64,000 bases of DNA from Candidatus Binatia bacterium (lineage in GTDB: Bacteria > Desulfobacterota > Binatia > Bin18), in NCBI GenBank assembly GCA_963664395.2, contig OY761159.2, forward strand, positions 3,904,001 to 3,968,000, in the 5' to 3' direction. The notes under the pieces are model-generated. The model saw nothing but the letters and a program-made list of their open reading frames with translations. It was not told the origin of the DNA and ran no database searches. Shown here one piece after another: positions 38,570 to 47,325 of this stretch (position 1 is the stretch's first letter; each line of letters opens with the position of its first letter). A program made the position numbers and the translations under genes.

Positions 38570-39715
38570 GTGCTCTTTTCCCTCTACGTTCATATTCCCT
38601 ATTGTCTCAGCAAATGCCCCTACTGTGACTTTAACGCCTACGCCGCCCAAAGCTGGCCTGAGGCGCGTTATATCGACGCCCTGTGCAAAGAGTTTGCCTC
38701 CTATATGCAGGCTCCGCCCTGGCAGGGCGAAACGCTTGAAACGATCTATTTCGGCGGCGGAACACCGTCGCTCTTTCAGCCCGAATCGCTGGAGCGTTTT
38801 CTCACTTGCGTCTCCGATCACTGTCCGCTGTCTCCTGACGTAGAGATGTCTCTTGAAGCCGACCCGGCTACTGGTTCGCTCGAAACACTCTCCGGATATC
38901 GGGCGCTCGGGATAAGCCGGCTGAGTCTCGGCATCCAATCATTTGAGCCGTCTGTGCTACGGACGCTGGGCCGACTCCACACGGGAGAGGAAGCGCTACG
39001 GGCAATCGAACTGGCGAGGGCAGCCGAGTTTTTCAACCTGAATATCGACCTCATATTCGGTGTACCAAATCAGACGACGGACCTGCTTGCGCGCGACCTC
39101 AACCAGGTATTCGGCTGTGAACCGGAACATATTTCGCTGTATGGTTTGACCTATGAAGAGAACACTCCATTTTATGCAATGAGGCAAAAGGGGGTATTGC
39201 AACCGGTGGATGAAGAGACCGAGATCGCCATGTATGCTCAGGTCCAGGCGGCATGTGCCGCCCACGGCTATGAGCGATATGAGATCTCCAATTTTGCCCG
39301 CCCTGGGTACGCGTCTCAGCACAATCTGCGCTATTGGCAGGGCGGGGCCTACCTCGGGCTGGGAGCCGGAGCGCATTCGTTCTCGTGTACGCCAGGCTGG
39401 GGGACGCGCTGGAGCAATATACGGAATCCAAAAACCTATATGGACAGGGCGCTCTCTACGGGCCGGACAGACCACTATGTCGAGCAATTGACCAAAGAGC
39501 AGGCGCGTGGCGAGTTTCTCTTTCTCAATCTTCGCCAGAGGGATGGCATGTCCCTGAGTGGATTTGCTCGGCGGTTCGGGCGGCCATTCTTTGAGCAGTT
39601 TCCGCACGCGGCTGACATGATAAACGAAGGGCTCATGACCCAGAGCTCGGGAAAGATCAGACTCACCCCCAAGGGCTTGCTGGTGGCTGACAGTGTTTTT
39701 GCGAGCTTTTTTTAG
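38570..39715 (+). CDS. hemW: Radical SAM heme chaperone HemW
   Basis: LYVHIPYCLSKCPYCDF, IYFGGGTPS, DLIFG.P, YEISNF, HN..YW, YLGLG.GAHS. Confidence 0.92.
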   Translation: MLFSLYVHIPYCLSKCPYCDFNAYAAQSWPEARYIDALCKEFASYMQAPPWQGETLETIYFGGGTPSLFQPESLERFLTCVSDHCPLSPDVEMSLEADPATGSLETLSGYRALGISRLSLGIQSFEPSVLRTLGRLHTGEEALRAIELARAAEFFNLNIDLIFGVPNQTTDLLARDLNQVFGCEPEHISLYGLTYEENTPFYAMRQKGVLQPVDEETEIAMYAQVQAACAAHGYERYEISNFARPGYASQHNLRYWQGGAYLGLGAGAHSFSCTPGWGTRWSNIRNPKTYMDRALSTGRTDHYVEQLTKEQARGEFLFLNLRQRDGMSLSGFARRFGRPFFEQFPHAADMINEGLMTQSSGKIRLTPKGLLVADSVFASFF

Positions 39716-40239
39716 CTTTCGGGGTCCGTCTCCTGGCTAAAATGCCGATACAACACGTTCATATACGGGCCGCAGGGACGACGCGCCTTAAAAAAGTCGC
39801 GTGCTTCTTCGAGTGACAGGGCGTGATGGACATGCAGATAGGCAATCGCAACCGTAGGGGCACGATTGCAGCCAGCATTACAGTGGAGGAACACCCGCCT
39901 GCCAGTCTGGAGGCTGGCCTGGAGCAGCTCAAGAGCCTGGGGCAGAGCCTCGGCTAAGCTGTCACAATCATAATCAGCCACGGGCGTTCGTAAGAATGCC
40001 ATCTGATTGTCGCGGTAGGCAGTGTGTAGCGCCTTTATATCCAGCCCCTTAAGGTTGAGATCCTCAGCATCCTGGAGGTTTAAAACGGCAGAAATTCCAA
40101 AGGTTTGTCTGAGCCAGGGGACATCTTCAACTCGAGGATATTCTCCAACAAAGAGGTTGGGGAGAATTTCACTGACTTCAGGACGGCGGGCGCGAATAGC
40201 GCCCGCCGTTGGAGCAAACGGATGATAAAAATCAACCAT
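39712..40239 (-). CDS. Dual-specificity phosphatase, laforin/SEX4-like
   Basis: HCNAGCNRA (CX5R), EILPNLFVG..P, AVLNLQ, D-loop PVADYD, AYL...RP. Confidence 0.85.
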   Translation of the reverse strand: MVDFYHPFAPTAGAIRARRPEVSEILPNLFVGEYPRVEDVPWLRQTFGISAVLNLQDAEDLNLKGLDIKALHTAYRDNQMAFLRTPVADYDCDSLAEALPQALELLQASLQTGRRVFLHCNAGCNRAPTVAIAYLHVHHALSLEEARDFFKARRPCGPYMNVLYRHFSQETDPES

Positions 40240-40407
40240 CCGTGCAAGGTAAAGAAGGGTGACACCGGCGTCAACACAACCTGAAAGACAGAATGAGATA
40301 GAGGCTTGCTATTCATGGCCTATTTCCGATAGGAATAACGGGGCGGCTGGGGTCCCAGCGTCCAACCAAGGTCGAACAAGAGTGCAAGACTGAAGGAGGG
40401 TCGAGTG

Positions 40408-40779
40408 ATGAGCGCAGAGAACGAAAAATTGGTCACGGATTTTTGTAACGCCTGGTCCAACCTCAACGTGGACGAACTGTTGGGCTACCTGAGCGCAGAG
40501 TGCTTCTATCACAATATCCCTATGGAGCCGTGTGTCGGCCATGCGGCAATCCGTGCCTTTGCCGAGCCGTTCTTAAAGAATGCGCAGAGCGCGCAATTTG
40601 AGATCAAGCACACCACCTCGTCTGGGAACGTGGTGATGAACGAGCGGGTTGATACCTTTGTCATGGGGGCAAAGACGATTTCCTTACCGGTGGCAGGCAT
40701 ATTTGAAGTGACTGAGGGCAAAATCTCTGCCTGGCGTGATTACTTTGACCTCGCATCATTTAATAAACAAATGGGTTAA
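40408..40779 (+). CDS. Limonene-1,2-epoxide hydrolase family protein (NTF2/SnoaL fold)
   Basis: YHNIP, VMNERVD, LPV.G.FEV..GKI..WRDYFD motifs. Confidence 0.88.
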   Translation: MSAENEKLVTDFCNAWSNLNVDELLGYLSAECFYHNIPMEPCVGHAAIRAFAEPFLKNAQSAQFEIKHTTSSGNVVMNERVDTFVMGAKTISLPVAGIFEVTEGKISAWRDYFDLASFNKQMG

Positions 40780-40850
40780 GAGCGCAGATGGGCTAAGAGC
40801 GTGTCCTGGCGTGAGTGTGGAAGATTCGTGAACGCGTAGAAAGGCTGATT

Positions 40851-41984
40851 ATGGAGAAACTGGTACCCGGACTTGAAGGGGTGCCCATTATGGAGTCGGA
40901 AATCGGCTTCATTAATGGTCTGGAGGGCGTCCTGGAATACCGCGGCATCTCAATCGAGGAGCTGGCCGAGAAGAGCACCTATGAAGAGGTGGCGTATCTG
41001 CTCCTGTTTGGGAAACTGCCCACTCATAACGAACTCAAGAAATTTGACCAAGATCTGCGCACCCACCGGCGGGTCAAGTATCGCATTCTCGACATGATGA
41101 AATGTATGCCGGAAAATGGTCACCCCATGGACATGCTTCAGGCCGCGGTGGCCGCCATGGGTATGTTTTATCCGGCCCGGGATATCCGAGATGAAGCGCA
41201 GCGCTATTGGTCAACCATCCGCTTAATTGCCAAAATGCCGACCATTGTGGCGGCATTTGAGCGTATGCGCTACGGTGACGAACCAGTTCGACCGCGAGAC
41301 GATCTGTCTCATGCGGCTAATTTTCTGTGGATGTTGAACGAGGAAGAGCCCGACCCGCTTGATGCGCGCATTATGGACGTGTGTCTGATTTTACACGCTG
41401 AGCACACGATGAATGCTTCGACGTTCAGTGGCTTGGTCGTCGGGTCCACCGAGGCTGATCCGTACACCATGGTATCGTCGGCTATTGGCGCTCTGACCGG
41501 CCCGCTCCACGGTGGAGCCAACGAGCAAGCCCTCAAGATGTTTCAAGAGATCGGGACGGTGGACAACGCCAAACCTTTTATCGAGTCGCGCCTGGCGGCC
41601 AAACAAAAAATCATGGGTATGGGCCACCGGGTATACAAGGTCAAAGACCCACGGGCGAACGCCCTGCAAGGTCTTGCCCTCAAGCTGTTTGAAGCCAAAG
41701 GCGAGCATCCGCTGTACAAGGTCGCCCAAGAGGTTGAGAAGGTGATTAGCGAGCGGGTCGGGGCAAAGGGGATTGCCTCGAACGTCGATTTTTACTCCGG
41801 CGTAGTCTATGACAAGCTGGGTATTCCCATTGACCAGTTCACCCCGATTTTTGCCATTGCCCGGGTTGCCGGCTGGTTGGCCCACTGGCACGAGCAGCTC
41901 AAGAACAATCGTATCTTTCGACCGACGCAAGTGTACACTGGAAGTCACGGATCTCCGTATGTCCCAGCAGAGCAGCGGTCGTAG
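40851..41984 (+). CDS. gltA: Citrate synthase
   Basis: PGLEGV, LHAEH..NAST, GPLHGGAN, MGMGHRVYK..DPR, NVDFYSG, FA.AR..GW. Confidence 0.95.
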   Translation: MEKLVPGLEGVPIMESEIGFINGLEGVLEYRGISIEELAEKSTYEEVAYLLLFGKLPTHNELKKFDQDLRTHRRVKYRILDMMKCMPENGHPMDMLQAAVAAMGMFYPARDIRDEAQRYWSTIRLIAKMPTIVAAFERMRYGDEPVRPRDDLSHAANFLWMLNEEEPDPLDARIMDVCLILHAEHTMNASTFSGLVVGSTEADPYTMVSSAIGALTGPLHGGANEQALKMFQEIGTVDNAKPFIESRLAAKQKIMGMGHRVYKVKDPRANALQGLALKLFEAKGEHPLYKVAQEVEKVISERVGAKGIASNVDFYSGVVYDKLGIPIDQFTPIFAIARVAGWLAHWHEQLKNNRIFRPTQVYTGSHGSPYVPAEQRS

Positions 41985-42009
41985 GCCGATTATTCAGTGA
42001 CCTGATACG

Positions 42010-42042
42010 AGGCGGAGAGTATAAAACTCTTCGCCTTTTTTA
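42010..42042 (+). terminator. Intrinsic terminator after gltA
   Basis: AGGCGGAGAGT-ATAAA-ACTCTTCGCCT stem-loop followed by a T run, between convergent genes. Confidence 0.8.
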
Positions 42043-42080
42043 TTTCCAGGCTCAGAAACGCGAAGCCTATGAAGCGACTT

Positions 42081-43046
42081 TTACCCCTGCGGCTTCACCT
42101 CTGCGTTCACGCAGTTCAGGGGCATGTCACCTCTGCGCAGCCGGTTCACATTCTCAGCCACGCGCTTGGCAATGCCTTGGAGGCTGACGTCGGTTGCGCC
42201 ACCAATGTGGGGGGTGGCCAGGACGTTGTGCTGGAAAATTTCGTCGTTCGGATCAAAGGGTTCGGACCAGAACACGTCAAGGCCGGCGCCCGCAATACGG
42301 CCTTCCCTCAGGGCGGTAAGAAGTGCAGCGTAATCTAACACCGGTCCACGGGCGACGTTGATCACAAAGGCTTCCGGCTTCATGCAGGCGAATTCAGCCT
42401 GGCCCATGAGGCCGCGCGTTTCGTCATTGAGGGGCGGGGCGGTAATCACAAAATCGGCCGCTCGCAGTACCGCGTGCAGCTCGTCTTGGGCAACATGGGT
42501 GATGAGCAGACCGTCGTCCGGCTTGTCTGGCGTCGGCCCTCGGCGGGAAACGGCGAGAATGTCCATTTCAAAGCCGGACAAGCGCCGGGCAAGCGCCCGC
42601 CCAATTCCACCATAGCCGATAATGGCTGCTGTTTTGCCCTTGAGCGCCTGTCCCATTGGCGAACCCAGGACTTTGTTTTGGATACTCGCTTGAGCCTGCC
42701 GATATTTTCTGGCTAAGCCGAGCATGAAAAGCAGGGCGAGTTCAGCAACGGATTCGGCATTGCCGGTTCCCGCCGCCGGCACATTGGCAACATAGATCCC
42801 TGCGGCAGTGGCGGCTGGAATATCTACCGAGTCCAAACCCGCGCCATACTGCTGGACGAGCTTCAACCGGGGCGAGCGCATCGCTTCTCTCCCGATTGGC
42901 GAGACCGTTGGGATCAATATATCCGCATGCTGTGCTACTTCCGGAACGGTATCGGGTGGACAATCACGAATTTCGTCCTCAGGAAGTTCCTGCTGAAGAA
43001 TCCGGCACACATAGGTCAAGCCCTCTCGGCAAAAGTAAATCCGCAT
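42081..43046 (-). CDS. D-isomer-specific 2-hydroxyacid dehydrogenase
   Basis: GAGLD, NA.SVAE, IIGYGGIG, INVARG, AGLDVF..EP, TPHIGG. Confidence 0.92.
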   Translation of the reverse strand: MRIYFCREGLTYVCRILQQELPEDEIRDCPPDTVPEVAQHADILIPTVSPIGREAMRSPRLKLVQQYGAGLDSVDIPAATAAGIYVANVPAAGTGNAESVAELALLFMLGLARKYRQAQASIQNKVLGSPMGQALKGKTAAIIGYGGIGRALARRLSGFEMDILAVSRRGPTPDKPDDGLLITHVAQDELHAVLRAADFVITAPPLNDETRGLMGQAEFACMKPEAFVINVARGPVLDYAALLTALREGRIAGAGLDVFWSEPFDPNDEIFQHNVLATPHIGGATDVSLQGIAKRVAENVNRLRRGDMPLNCVNAEVKPQG

Positions 43047-43148
43047 AACGCCTTCCCATACTCACTTGATCGTTTGTGCTGCCTGGCCGATAATAGGCCG
43101 CCCCGATGATAGGCTGCCTGGGCCAAGAAGAAAAGAAGGGAGATCCTA

Positions 43149-43937
43149 ATGGACTATAGCCGCTATGAATGTCTCAGCGCAGAGCGTGAAGGGAAGGTGC
43201 TGACTGTCTCATTCAATCGTCCGCAAGCACTGAATGCCATTAACGCTCAGTTGCATACCGAACTGTCTCGGATTTTCGCCGATATCGCCCAGGATACAGA
43301 GACGGAGGCTGTGGTGTTGACCGGCAAAGGCCGCGCGTTCTGCGCGGGTGGCGATATCAAGTGGTTTCAGGATATGACGTCCGCGCAGTTGGATGCGTTG
43401 TTCGCCGAGGCGCGCAAAATTATTATCGACATGCTGGAAGTGGAACAGCCGATTATCGCTGCGGTCAACGGTCCGGCGACCGGTTTGGGCGCGACCCTGG
43501 CGCTCTTCTCTGATGTCATTTATGCGGCGGATAACGCAAAAATTGGTGACCCGCATGTCCGCGTCGGTGTGGTCGCCGGAGACGGGGGAGCCATTATCTG
43601 GCCCTGGCTGATTGGGACGGCCAAAGCCAAAGAGTTTCTCATGACCGGCGACTTAGTGAAGGCAGAAGAGGCCGAGCGCATTGGTCTAGTCAACCATGTT
43701 GTTCCTGCGGATCAGTTAATGGAAGCAGCCATGGCCTTTGCTACCCGAATGGCCAATGGCCCGCGTATGGCGATTCGTGGGACCAAGGTCTCGGTGAATA
43801 AAATCCTCCGCGATACGGTAAACCTGGTGCTCGATACTTCGCTGTCGATAGAAAAACATTGCTTTCATACGCAAGACCATAAAGAAGCGATTCAGTCTTT
43901 TGTGGAGAAACGGGCGCCCCGATTTACAGGGAAATAA
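43149..43937 (+). CDS. Enoyl-CoA hydratase/isomerase (crotonase) family
   Basis: [33 protein letters not shown]. Confidence 0.92.
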   Translation: MDYSRYECLSAEREGKVLTVSFNRPQALNAINAQLHTELSRIFADIAQDTETEAVVLTGKGRAFCAGGDIKWFQDMTSAQLDALFAEARKIIIDMLEVEQPIIAAVNGPATGLGATLALFSDVIYAADNAKIGDPHVRVGVVAGDGGAIIWPWLIGTAKAKEFLMTGDLVKAEEAERIGLVNHVVPADQLMEAAMAFATRMANGPRMAIRGTKVSVNKILRDTVNLVLDTSLSIEKHCFHTQDHKEAIQSFVEKRAPRFTGK

Positions 43938-43969
43938 ACACCGCCACCCCTTGGGACCCTTCGTGCTTC

Positions 43970-44407
43970 ATGGCCGCTGTCACGCAAACTCAGCCCCGCT
44001 ATCCGTCTCGCCCGACACGTCCGATTATGGTGACCGTTGCCGCGTGTCTGGTGGCTGCCTATGCGGCCGTGTTTATTGTCTGGGATATTATTGCTCCGTT
44101 TGAGCGGCCCTATGCTGAAGGCCCTGTCAGTGTCATTTTGGGCTTTCGCGTGTTCGGCCTGTCTGCCCAACTCATGCACGCCTTGCAACTCATGGTCGCG
44201 GGCAGCCTGGCGTATCGTCTCTGGAAGATGCAGCGCTTTGGTTGGCATTTGGTCGTGTTTAGTGTTGGTTATATGCTGGTCTCATACATGATATGGGCAC
44301 AGGTCTATAACGAGTCTGAGCACATCGTTGGCTTTGGTCTGTTCTATGCTGTGATACTCCTTATTCTGCTGGCTCTTACCTTTCCGCACCGAAGAAAGTT
44401 TATGTGA
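43970..44407 (+). CDS. Hypothetical membrane protein (about 4 TM helices)
   Basis: Four hydrophobic segments; co-oriented and closely spaced with neighbours. Confidence 0.7.
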   Translation: MAAVTQTQPRYPSRPTRPIMVTVAACLVAAYAAVFIVWDIIAPFERPYAEGPVSVILGFRVFGLSAQLMHALQLMVAGSLAYRLWKMQRFGWHLVVFSVGYMLVSYMIWAQVYNESEHIVGFGLFYAVILLILLALTFPHRRKFM

Positions 44408-44450
44408 CGTGTCCCAGGGCGTGAGGATCGCATGGGGTTAAACTGGAGGG

Positions 44451-45275
44451 ATGATGGCTGATCGTACTGAAAATGTGGGGAGCTTCCTTGATTTCTCCGG
44501 GAAAACCGCACTGGTGGCGGGTGTGCTGGACGAAAATTCCATAGGCTGGCCCATTGCGAAGATGCTTAACGACGGTGGCGCTCGGATTGCGCTCTCCATT
44601 CAGCGTAAGGCCGTCCGGCGTATGATGGGAGACATCCCGGACCAACTCAATAATCCCCTGATTACTGAGTGCGATGTGAGCAAGGACGAGCAGGTTGAAC
44701 GGCTTTTCTCACAGGTGGAGCAGGAGTTTGGGCACCTGGATTATCTTATTCACTCTATTGCGTATGCCCCGCCAACGTCTTTTGGGCAGCGTTTCATTAA
44801 CATCGCGCGCGCGGATTTCGCCCTGGCCATGGACGTCAGCGCGTATTCGCTTATCACGTTGGCCCATGGTGCTTTCCCGCTCATGAAGGACCGTGGCGGG
44901 TGCATTTTGGCCATGACCTATTACGCCGGCGAAAAGGTCATCCCTGGCTATCAGTTGATGAGTATTACCAAAGCGGCGCTCGACAATATCATCAGGAATC
45001 TTGCCTTTGACCTGGCTCCGCATCGCATCCGAGTGAATGGTCTTTCCCCTGGTCCGACTGCAACCAAGGCCGGAACCAGTATCCCTGGTTTCGAGCTCAT
45101 GCAGAATCATATGCGCGAATATGCGCCGTTGCGGGAGGAAATTCGGAACACCGACGCCGGCAAAGCCGCCCTTTTCTTATGCAGTCCAATGGCTGAAAAA
45201 ATTACCGGCGAGATCGTGCATATTGACGGTGGCTATAACATCATGGGGATGACGCTGAAGCCGCCTGAGGCATAG
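44451..45275 (+). CDS. fabI: Enoyl-ACP reductase FabI-like
   Basis: GV....SI.W.IA, CDV, HSIAYAP, VSAYSL, MTYY, Y..M...KAAL, ITGE..HIDGG. Confidence 0.88.
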   Translation: MMADRTENVGSFLDFSGKTALVAGVLDENSIGWPIAKMLNDGGARIALSIQRKAVRRMMGDIPDQLNNPLITECDVSKDEQVERLFSQVEQEFGHLDYLIHSIAYAPPTSFGQRFINIARADFALAMDVSAYSLITLAHGAFPLMKDRGGCILAMTYYAGEKVIPGYQLMSITKAALDNIIRNLAFDLAPHRIRVNGLSPGPTATKAGTSIPGFELMQNHMREYAPLREEIRNTDAGKAALFLCSPMAEKITGEIVHIDGGYNIMGMTLKPPEA

Positions 45276-45320
45276 CGGGGGCGTACCGGAAGTCCCCCTG
45301 TCACCCATTAAAACAGAAGA

Positions 45321-46490
45321 TTGAGCATGCAAACAGTTGAACCCCAAGCAGTTGGTATGGACCCGGCCCGTGTCGAGCGTTTCTTTTCAGTGGTGGAACG
45401 TAAAATCGAGGCAGGCTGGTTGTTTGGCGGCGCGTTTCTCCTAGCCCGGCGCGGAAAGATTGCTGCCGCGCGAGCGCTTGGCCACGCCCAACCGCGGGAG
45501 GGTCGGACGGCTAAAACAGATGACATCTTCTGCCTCTTTTCAACCACCAAGCCCATTACGGCTACGATGTTACTCATGAAGGTTGACCAGGGTGAGGTCC
45601 AACTGTTTGATAAGGTCGCGGATTATATCCCGGAGTTTGCTGCTGCCGGCAAGCGGAGTGTTACCGTCTCTCAAGTGATGACTCACACGGCCGGATTCCC
45701 AACAATGGCACTGGACTGGCCTATGTCAAAGTGGGGAGATTGGGAGGCGACGATCGCGCGCATCTGTGCGCAGCCACTGGAGTTTGAACCGGGAACAGCC
45801 GTCCACTACCACGCGCTTACGGGATCGTGGATTTTAGCTGAGATCGCCCGTCGGGTAGATGGCGGCAAGCGAAGCTTTGCCCAAATGTGTGAAGCAGACC
45901 TGTATGGCCCTTTAGGTATGAACGACTCCTACATGGGAGTCCGGCCCGACATGCAAGAACGCCGTGTTCCAGTCCAGGCGTTGGATGCGGGTGGTGTGCC
46001 GTTTCCCATGTCATTTCTGGAAGCGTTTAACGCTCCTGAAGTGCAGGCCGCTGCTATTCCAGGTGGTGGCTCGTATTCCACTATTCATGATCTGGCCCGC
46101 TTCTACCAAATGTGGCTCAACGGAGGCGAGCTTGACGGTGTCCGTTTACTCAGCCCAGCCCTGGTTGATGTGGCGACCACGATTCATACCGGCGCTATGG
46201 AAGACCGACTGCTCGAACCCATTCGGGTGGCAAAACAGTGGCCGTTTGCCCCGGCGAATCGAGGCCTGGGGTATTGGGTCCGCGGCAGCGGTATCTTCCC
46301 CACATATTTTGGCTCGCTCGCCTCGCCACGGACGTATGGACATGCCGGAGCAAGTAGCATCATGGCCTGGGCTGACCCGGTTCGGGCACTGACTTTCGTG
46401 GGTCTGACAAGCGGTCTTATTGAGGAGCCGCGGAGCATTGAGCGCTGGGCGTTGTTTTCCGATTTGGCTCAGGCGTGTGTTGTTGACTAA
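45321..46490 (+). CDS. Serine hydrolase, beta-lactamase-related (EstB-like esterase)
   Basis: FSTTK (SxxK), MTHTAG, FEPG....YH, YGHAG; no signal peptide. Confidence 0.88.
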   Translation: MSMQTVEPQAVGMDPARVERFFSVVERKIEAGWLFGGAFLLARRGKIAAARALGHAQPREGRTAKTDDIFCLFSTTKPITATMLLMKVDQGEVQLFDKVADYIPEFAAAGKRSVTVSQVMTHTAGFPTMALDWPMSKWGDWEATIARICAQPLEFEPGTAVHYHALTGSWILAEIARRVDGGKRSFAQMCEADLYGPLGMNDSYMGVRPDMQERRVPVQALDAGGVPFPMSFLEAFNAPEVQAAAIPGGGSYSTIHDLARFYQMWLNGGELDGVRLLSPALVDVATTIHTGAMEDRLLEPIRVAKQWPFAPANRGLGYWVRGSGIFPTYFGSLASPRTYGHAGASSIMAWADPVRALTFVGLTSGLIEEPRSIERWALFSDLAQACVVD

Positions 46491-46523
46491 CTGGAGTATT
46501 GGCTTGCCGGAGTACGGAGCCCT

Positions 46524-47219
46524 ATGAAACCAAAGCTGACCTCAGCCGCTATTCTGACAATTATCCTGCTTATCGGTGTCCTAGCGGCTGGGAATTACGC
46601 CGTCTTGCACAACGGACCCCTTGGCCAAGTCATTGTGAGCTGGCTTAAGAGTATGGTTGGAGCAGGCTGCTCTGCTTCGCTGGTGTACTTTATTGGAGCG
46701 CCCGTCATTGTTGGACTGCTACTCCTGCTTATTGTTCCGCGCTGTGTGGCACTTGAAGAGGACGCGCAAGAGCCGGCTGAAGAGCGGCCGCTGGCACCAA
46801 AGCAGCCGTACAAACCACCCGTACCGACAAAGCCCTCTGCGGATGCCGCTGTCCAGCTTTTGGCGCTCCTGCAGCGCGAAGGGCGGCTGGTTGATTTCCT
46901 GCGTGAAGATATCGGGGCGTATGACGATACGCAGGTTGGCGCTGCAGTACGGACCATTCATGAGGCGTGTCGAAAAGTTTTGACTGAGCACCTCAACATT
47001 GAGCCGGTCTTAGACGGAAGCGAAGGGGATACGGTCACCGTTCCTGAAGACTTTGATCCCTCTGCTGTTCGCCTGACCGGACATGTCAGTAGCGAAGCAC
47101 CCTTTCGAGGGGAGCTGCGCCATGCCGGATGGAAGGCCACCTCTGTGACACTGCCCGAACAGCCAAAGGGCCAGGATCCCCAGGTCATTGTGCCAGCAGA
47201 AGTGGAAATCCCAGAGTAG
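46524..47219 (+). CDS. DUF2760 family membrane-anchored protein, GrpE-like C-terminal domain
   Basis: Two N-terminal TM helices, Pro-rich linker, A.QLL.LLQREGRLVDFL.EDI..YDD.QVGAAVR.IH...FDP...L.G...PF.G.LRH.GW...PAEVE. Confidence 0.8.
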   Translation: MKPKLTSAAILTIILLIGVLAAGNYAVLHNGPLGQVIVSWLKSMVGAGCSASLVYFIGAPVIVGLLLLLIVPRCVALEEDAQEPAEERPLAPKQPYKPPVPTKPSADAAVQLLALLQREGRLVDFLREDIGAYDDTQVGAAVRTIHEACRKVLTEHLNIEPVLDGSEGDTVTVPEDFDPSAVRLTGHVSSEAPFRGELRHAGWKATSVTLPEQPKGQDPQVIVPAEVEIPE

Positions 47220-47265
47220 GCATTCAGCCTTTCGGGGTACTATCAGCAAGGTCGGAGAGCCAAAT

Positions 47266-47293
47266 GTCGGGGCGGTTCGCGAGCCGTCCTGAC
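47266..47293. repeat. REP-like palindromic element
   Basis: GTCGGGGCGGTT-CGCG-AGCCGTCCTGAC forms a 12-bp hairpin with G-U pairs; single copy in the window. Confidence 0.45.
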
Positions 47294-47325
47294 GAACAAT
47301 TGTGTCATTGTTATAGGCGAGTATT

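Noticed and set aside
38015-38938. 307 aa minus-strand ORF, and 37806-38465
   Set aside because: Antisense shadows of lexA and hemW with no recognisable motifs.
42030-42047. Second LexA-like site (TTCGCC-TTTTTT-ATTTCC)
   Set aside because: It is the 3' arm and U-tract of the gltA terminator, between convergent genes.
45321-46490. Antibiotic-resistance beta-lactamase
   Set aside because: No signal peptide and the motif pattern fits cytoplasmic family VIII esterases.
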